From IMG/VR virus record IMGVR_UViG_3300037195_000398, positions 1 through 28,068 of that record: DNA of 28,068 nucleotides. One strand, 5' to 3'. The notes below the pieces were generated by a model. The model did not search any database. It was given only the letters and a program-made list of their open reading frames with translations, and was not told the DNA's origin. Within the stretch, counting starts at the first letter, position 1, and every line of letters begins with the position of its first letter. The DNA comes from a virus (lineage: Duplodnaviria; Caudoviricetes). Positions 25,501 to 28,068 of the stretch are shown piece by piece. A program made the position numbers and the translations under genes.

Positions 25501-26733
25501 AAACGCACCTACATCACGAACACGCGTCGGCCCAAATGGGCCGATCATACTAGGTATCTCACTAACTGGCCCAAGTTTAGTAATTTTTTCTGCGCCTGAC
25601 TTCTTAGGCCCAGCTTTTGTTTTTGCCTCCTCTGTTTGGGCATCTTTTTTCTCCTGCTCTTTCGCTACTCTCGCTCTTAATTCCCTTTCTTCCCTCGCCG
25701 CTGTCATAGCTTTATTAAGTGTCTGCCTAACATCTTTTGATGAAGCAAATTCCACAACCTGAGTGCCAGTCGGTATCCTAGCTGTGGACTTCTCAGGATA
25801 AAATATTGTGTCAATCTCACCCGGTCTATTCATAAGATAAGACATAATATTTACAGGCATATTATCAAGAAACATCACTTCGGAAAGTTCAACAATCTTA
25901 CTAATCTGCTCCCTAGACATATTAGTAGTCGTGTCGATATATGCTATACCGTCTATAATATTCTTAGTTAGTTGGAACCTTCTAACTTTAAGAAGACTTG
26001 TGTTTTCTAAAAAATTCATAAAGTAGGATTCATTTCTATCTAGAGAGTCAGCTATATCTGGTAACCCAGCATCTCTAGCAGCATTGGATATTAGTAATCT
26101 ATGCTCTTCATTAAACCCCATAAGCGTACCGTCTGGCATTATAATACCGGATTCACCAACACCAACGCCTGCGTGACCTATACGGAGACTATCGCTTTCT
26201 GTACCAACTATTCTCCCCATTGTGGCTAACGCCGCGAGTATATGATTAGTCTGCGTTTCTGTCGGTTGCGGAATAACAGCTATAGTAGCTGTTCTATACC
26301 CACCAGTACCTCCACGCACAAAAGCGGGAGATGAATCGGTGTCAGTTATATTTGGAGTAGACGCGACAGACACAACAGGCGTAGCAGGGATCTGTAAATC
26401 CTCCAGTATAGGAGCTTCGATTAGTCTGCCAACAGGTGGGTTACCCGGACCACCTATAGTGTCTCTACCGCCCTCTAGCGGCAGTGAGAACTGTGCTGCA
26501 GCAAACTCCTTATCATACTGACGTGCTGCAATATCTTCTAGAAACTCCCCCTTATTATTAACCAGCCCAGGATAGACAGCCTGCACCTGCTTGACCACAG
26601 CACGCATGTCCTTGCGCGCCGTCTTAAGCATGGCCTCAGTAGTAGCTAACTTCTGGCCTTTAGTCTTAGCCAAATCATAGCGCTTCTTATCCTGAGGAGT
26701 TAAGGCCCGGGCTTCTAAATCACATTTAGCCAT
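19564..26733 (-). CDS. Giant (2389 aa) virion/ejection-type polyvalent protein with zincin-like peptidase motif
   Basis: Uninterrupted ORF in the late arm; HEIIGHFGL (23745-23719) and downstream EEALA; YVHFGRRG PLxRFG-like motif (~22024-22053); Lys/Pro-rich linker; helical C-terminal region. Confidence 0.8.
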   Translation of the reverse strand: MAKCDLEARALTPQDKKRYDLAKTKGQKLATTEAMLKTARKDMRAVVKQVQAVYPGLVNNKGEFLEDIAARQYDKEFAAAQFSLPLEGGRDTIGGPGNPPVGRLIEAPILEDLQIPATPVVSVASTPNITDTDSSPAFVRGGTGGYRTATIAVIPQPTETQTNHILAALATMGRIVGTESDSLRIGHAGVGVGESGIIMPDGTLMGFNEEHRLLISNAARDAGLPDIADSLDRNESYFMNFLENTSLLKVRRFQLTKNIIDGIAYIDTTTNMSREQISKIVELSEVMFLDNMPVNIMSYLMNRPGEIDTIFYPEKSTARIPTGTQVVEFASSKDVRQTLNKAMTAAREERELRARVAKEQEKKDAQTEEAKTKAGPKKSGAEKITKLGPVSEIPSMIGPFGPTRVRDVGAFIKDIDASFAPLIAALVDMGFPSVFSHSAMAADHLGLQFASTPYISFILSKLTKTQEANIITAARKAGLSIEQETTIPPTLTIRGDIAEPGVTSDHKIFTPFKQFIAGLTISQEKKDAQTEEAKTKAGPKKSGAEKVSGKKQTGSTPTLTTGGTQPAKSTKSRETKSKVQELKDKGIKTKDREEKTPPPKQAKPQPVKREEQQPVSVSEPVSKKATTLIAEGRSADDIIDTLTRPKARDLFVETLETTKSIEEFRTAAEGILIMAFFDGNTDKHAQAAIDLAYGADLLWTPGEPYDASIEAFLSLVHGESNPTYVTLKGKVTPWAAFALKRGLIPQAHKVAKTAPTGADKNPEIAKLIKGVTNDADVARDNLITAVDDVSATPAALEVTAILGDIEASTSIEGVGYLEETAARESLIAELQFKGMTKEEKAFQFKNVPLSQWFSKKGKIKWKPLEGHPGRVVLDRPQDATPTTTDQLKDADAPPREGKSSRYDGPVITKPMSLGSVRTQGSRILKKFNRHILPEVKYYSNLADLERRDPKLLAEANKSRTDGQLIPSNASGYSFGNTVLIFSENIKHRHHLAFVLSHEIIGHFGLGSLMQTPKFNRLMDDIYKTDAMVRADADILIDLHGMSKREATEEALADLAGVLDSSILARIVEAIRTFFRRLRLDHTDDMTRYFIHHSRRYVRTGSTSDVSAVGVYANFKTLEERHIEGRGSAAHALGGSYVTRNTTWMPSINGTFERLDNAVRRIRTREGLEANRTAISKLVGLGLEQVQSLSNIANRSPGVRAIATILREESEDIRRFLSITDEKMRYSFTANLFGLGKGPSPLEIKQASELAGINALNKAAKAGEEAIDKAQSLIRTDVNGMIIPDERVFDPALPKSSENINGGIIKAKAFAQDIKLGDYDFFDAITNTKLREDIEAGKINLPLIDTDTGELQVDKNGNPVVTQYKPDFLVNGKIPENVWRIHNELRNAVDAAAITTMITKIEGTQAQKDRELELLGTSNPNLKPEDGDIDTLRDIADIYAALYNEGAKLSGAGLTWVQENQVYAELFLREVTRALHEKLKLSDWVNGNPNNINQNTGLPEGSEMLRNDARIKPIISKLTQLHNRNISEESASKIWGILAQLHTLSGQATNAEFYAKRSIMAAYVHFGRRGKLQISVRVREVMRDEHGVKSAERGPPIKLAALLDNNLTYIRTDSEGAAKDTVKKLNEELKFNTPVKMADTNGVLKEVELYATIEEAATRAPLLDTINYDEFIQTLLRVNINISPQERKRLVQTLASSHSSARSNLMRSGTPGWDPDMVRSTAEHLERQAHIAGKNRHNHRIAEIMADRTDSLWFGDQDNLNKLVELLEIAEKSGNEHKIFMAKKALAEYQHQMLHSSGSDGFQVKQRDGTFKTVKGLGKGNRYKDVAADVLAFRNQNPDTMVGLDSRIDKIAGPMMEWTALVQLGLALAPGMVNLTSIITHAGPMLATYNPKTGYGGGYGLGPSYVALAKAGRNMAKIGLGNVAPLQKIVTDGTWAQHGMEGADEAQFLLNETLSGVLTPNMTNMLVGTSRAGRHSNNKSKAIAWGMTVFSKSEQYNRRVTAIAAYRLEKKRMIASGKFVEEDFHDSKSLGSIRLASHAVTMVNTSQGEYAAYNRPAWARSGIGKVLFTYKLFVVITIELMANLAHKEKLFFLGMLIFMSGIKGLPFADDLFDLIDTLKQKFGLKANDAEIVVAQFFDNLYPGMAGRIAMRGVFDYIFGTTGSTRFGHGDLIPGSGMFKAGSDAGRELKNIAGPVASAYSGIISSTALTAKYLAETVGLRADTTTFTDIARQGFGSAGIKGLTDGFVYLSNGSITNARGQLVSKEVGISDVVFRMLGFYPGIATRHNDVTRLSQSAREYTREIKATFINAGLIAAARGDTTGVIANKKSVREWNKNARGTEFFIPNYPLSLSKAISAAKRTTSQRQLKSLPRSTRPLQKELMKIYGLPLR
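25096..25657 (-). repeat. 73-bp perfect direct repeat (25096-25168 / 25585-25657) inside the giant gene
   Basis: Both copies encode QEKKDAQTEEAKTKAGPKKSGAEK; offset 489 bp = 163 codons. Confidence 0.95.
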
Positions 26734-26902
26734 CTAACTTGCCTGATGTTACTAGCGTAGTTACGAGATCTACAAGGTCGTCGTCTTCCTTAAGTAGCCT
26801 AACAACGACCTCATTGTGAGTAGGTTCACCATCATCTGTCGTGGTTTTATCAGTGTGCAGATATTTTGACGTAATACCTACTTGGAGTCTGCTCTGTGTC
26901 AT
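26726..26902 (-). CDS. Small acidic protein, 58 aa (MTQSRLQVG...RLLKEDDDLVDLVTTLVTSGKLDG), not in ORF track
   Basis: ATG 3 nt after the upstream stop; stop overlaps the start of the giant gene; fills the gap exactly. Confidence 0.7.
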   Translation of the reverse strand: MTQSRLQVGITSKYLHTDKTTTDDGEPTHNEVVVRLLKEDDDLVDLVTTLVTSGKLDG

Positions 26903-26905
26903 TGA

Positions 26906-27349
26906 TTAATCTTCAATGCGTAGGTATACGTCGATGGTGCTAGTCCCTGTATAAGTACCTGTTGTTACGATACGAGCCCGAACATGGGTGCCGATAATAC
27001 CTGAGACAGCCGTATCATCAGTAAGTGAACCATCAGTCTCAGCGACACTAGCTGCGATAGCTGTCTCTTCACGTATTTTAAGGACTTTACGCCCAGCTGT
27101 AGTAGCGAAGGCAAAGCACATAATATCGAACCAGACTTGAGGTGCACGCCCAACGGTAGTGCTACCAAGACTGTCCATACTAGTCTGGATATAGACCTTA
27201 ATAGATGTACCGCCTCCACCGTCAACGAAGACGCACTCAGCAGTAAGTCCCTTCGTATTATCAGGAAGTTTATGAATCTTGCCACTCGTGGCGATAGACT
27301 GCGCCGTAGTAATAGCGTGGGAGTCTACGATGTGTTGGATGGAAGCCAT
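26906..27349 (-). CDS. Predicted all-beta, Thr/Gly-rich virion protein (decoration-like)
   Basis: AAGGA RBS; alternating beta patterns IKVYIQTSMD..WFDI, VRARIVTTGTY; late-arm position. Confidence 0.65.
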   Translation of the reverse strand: MASIQHIVDSHAITTAQSIATSGKIHKLPDNTKGLTAECVFVDGGGGTSIKVYIQTSMDSLGSTTVGRAPQVWFDIMCFAFATTAGRKVLKIREETAIAASVAETDGSLTDDTAVSGIIGTHVRARIVTTGTYTGTSTIDVYLRIED

Positions 27350-27359
27350 ATTAATATCC

Positions 27360-27557
27360 TTATTTTGCTTTGGCAGTCATGCCCTTAATGAAACCCTTGT
27401 CGTCGCGTTGTATATTGAATTGCCACTCGGTTATCTTAGCAGCGGACACAGTTTCTACAATAGGTTCTGCTAGCTTAGGCTTCGGTTTACGAAGAGCGGC
27501 AGTAGCCGTAATAGGCATGATGTTTTTCAAAGCAGCAGCATTAAGTACAGTTTTCAT
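27360..27557 (-). CDS. Small basic protein ending WQFNIQRDDKGFIKGMTAKAK
   Basis: AAGGGA RBS before ATG 27557, 2 nt after the upstream stop. Confidence 0.65.
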   Translation of the reverse strand: MKTVLNAAALKNIMPITATAALRKPKPKLAEPIVETVSAAKITEWQFNIQRDDKGFIKGMTAKAK

Positions 27558-27559
27558 AG

Positions 27560-28068
27560 TTATCCCTTCAGACACGTACGAAGATCAAGAAGAGAGTCAA
27601 CGCGATACTTAGCTTCAGTTATTGCTTGCTTTGCCGTCACATTAAAATTAACTACCTCTCCTGTTTGCTGAATAAGTACAGGCATCGCAATCATTTCCTC
27701 ACCGGTAGGGGAAAACAATGGTTCCTGCGGGACAGAACCAGTAAATAACTGATCAGGTACAGGCTCGATAGGAAGAGGAAGCTGCGGTAGATTTTGTTGG
27801 AACTGCACTTCTTGTACGGTGTTCTTGGGGAGCTGATCCTTAGCTCGTTGTTCCTGTGCTCTCTGAAATGCTTCTTTCATTACAGGATTAATCGGAGAAG
27901 GCTGTAAGTTTAATTGTCCCTGCCTTGGGTCAACAGTCTCAGGTAACGCCAGATCCAACTGCTCACCACTGGGGGGGCTAATTGCTTGGCCACCTTCTAA
28001 AAGTAACTCACCCTGCGCAGGCGCAGGAGTTACGGGGGGTGTAGGCGCAGGTGCAGGAGTTACGGGGG
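27560..28068 (-). CDS. 3' part of a Pro/Gln-rich virion/ejection-type protein, 5' end outside the window
   Basis: Frame of ORF 27560..27958 stays open to the edge (PVTPAPAPTPPVTPAPAQGELLLEGG...), ends ...LLDLRTCLKG. Confidence 0.75.
   Translation of the reverse strand, partial: PVTPAPAPTPPVTPAPAQGELLLEGGQAISPPSGEQLDLALPETVDPRQGQLNLQPSPINPVMKEAFQRAQEQRAKDQLPKNTVQEVQFQQNLPQLPLPIEPVPDQLFTGSVPQEPLFSPTGEEMIAMPVLIQQTGEVVNFNVTAKQAITEAKYRVDSLLDLRTCLKG
28015..28068 (-). repeat. 30-bp coding tandem repeat (PVTPAPAPTP), truncated by the edge
   Basis: gcgcagg(c/t)gcaggagttacggggg repeated at period 30. Confidence 0.85.

Noticed and set aside
1-28068. Diversity-generating retroelement, introns, inteins or genetic-code reassignment
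   Set aside because: No reverse transcriptase is present and the repeat pairs are too short or invariant for a template/variable pair. Core genes are uninterrupted and of ordinary size in the standard code.

Overview
The window is a 28 kb segment of a tailed dsDNA bacteriophage genome, probably podovirus-like, in the standard genetic code. No host genes, integrase, rRNA, tRNA or CRISPR array were seen. Layout: (i) 1-1000: divergent sigma70-type promoters, small early genes and terminator-like hairpins. (ii) ~1000-1720: AT-rich non-coding region with a perfect 22-bp inverted repeat, a 24-bp direct repeat and IHF-consensus sites, a probable replication origin. (iii) 1730-9850: a tightly coupled + strand early/accessory operon with a MoxR-like AAA+ ATPase, DUF3150-like protein, HExxH-peptidase/vWA protein, Nmad5-like protein, HicA-like protein, Ntn (proteasome/HslV-type) peptidase, DUF6378-like protein and many small ORFs. 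(iv) 9840-19578: replication module with a family A DNA polymerase (Leu762 type), Cas4-like nuclease, VRR-NUC, SNF2 helicase, SSB-like protein, HTH regulator and primase/DUF927-helicase. (v) 19564-28068: convergent - strand late genes, including a 2389-aa polyvalent/ejection-type virion protein. The most striking sequence-level signal is a set of direct duplications at module junctions: a 73-bp perfect pair around an in-frame domain of the giant protein, a relic copy of the polymerase 5' end upstream of a small ORF, and a duplicated start of the DUF3150-like gene. Family assignments come from motifs recognised by eye, not database searches.
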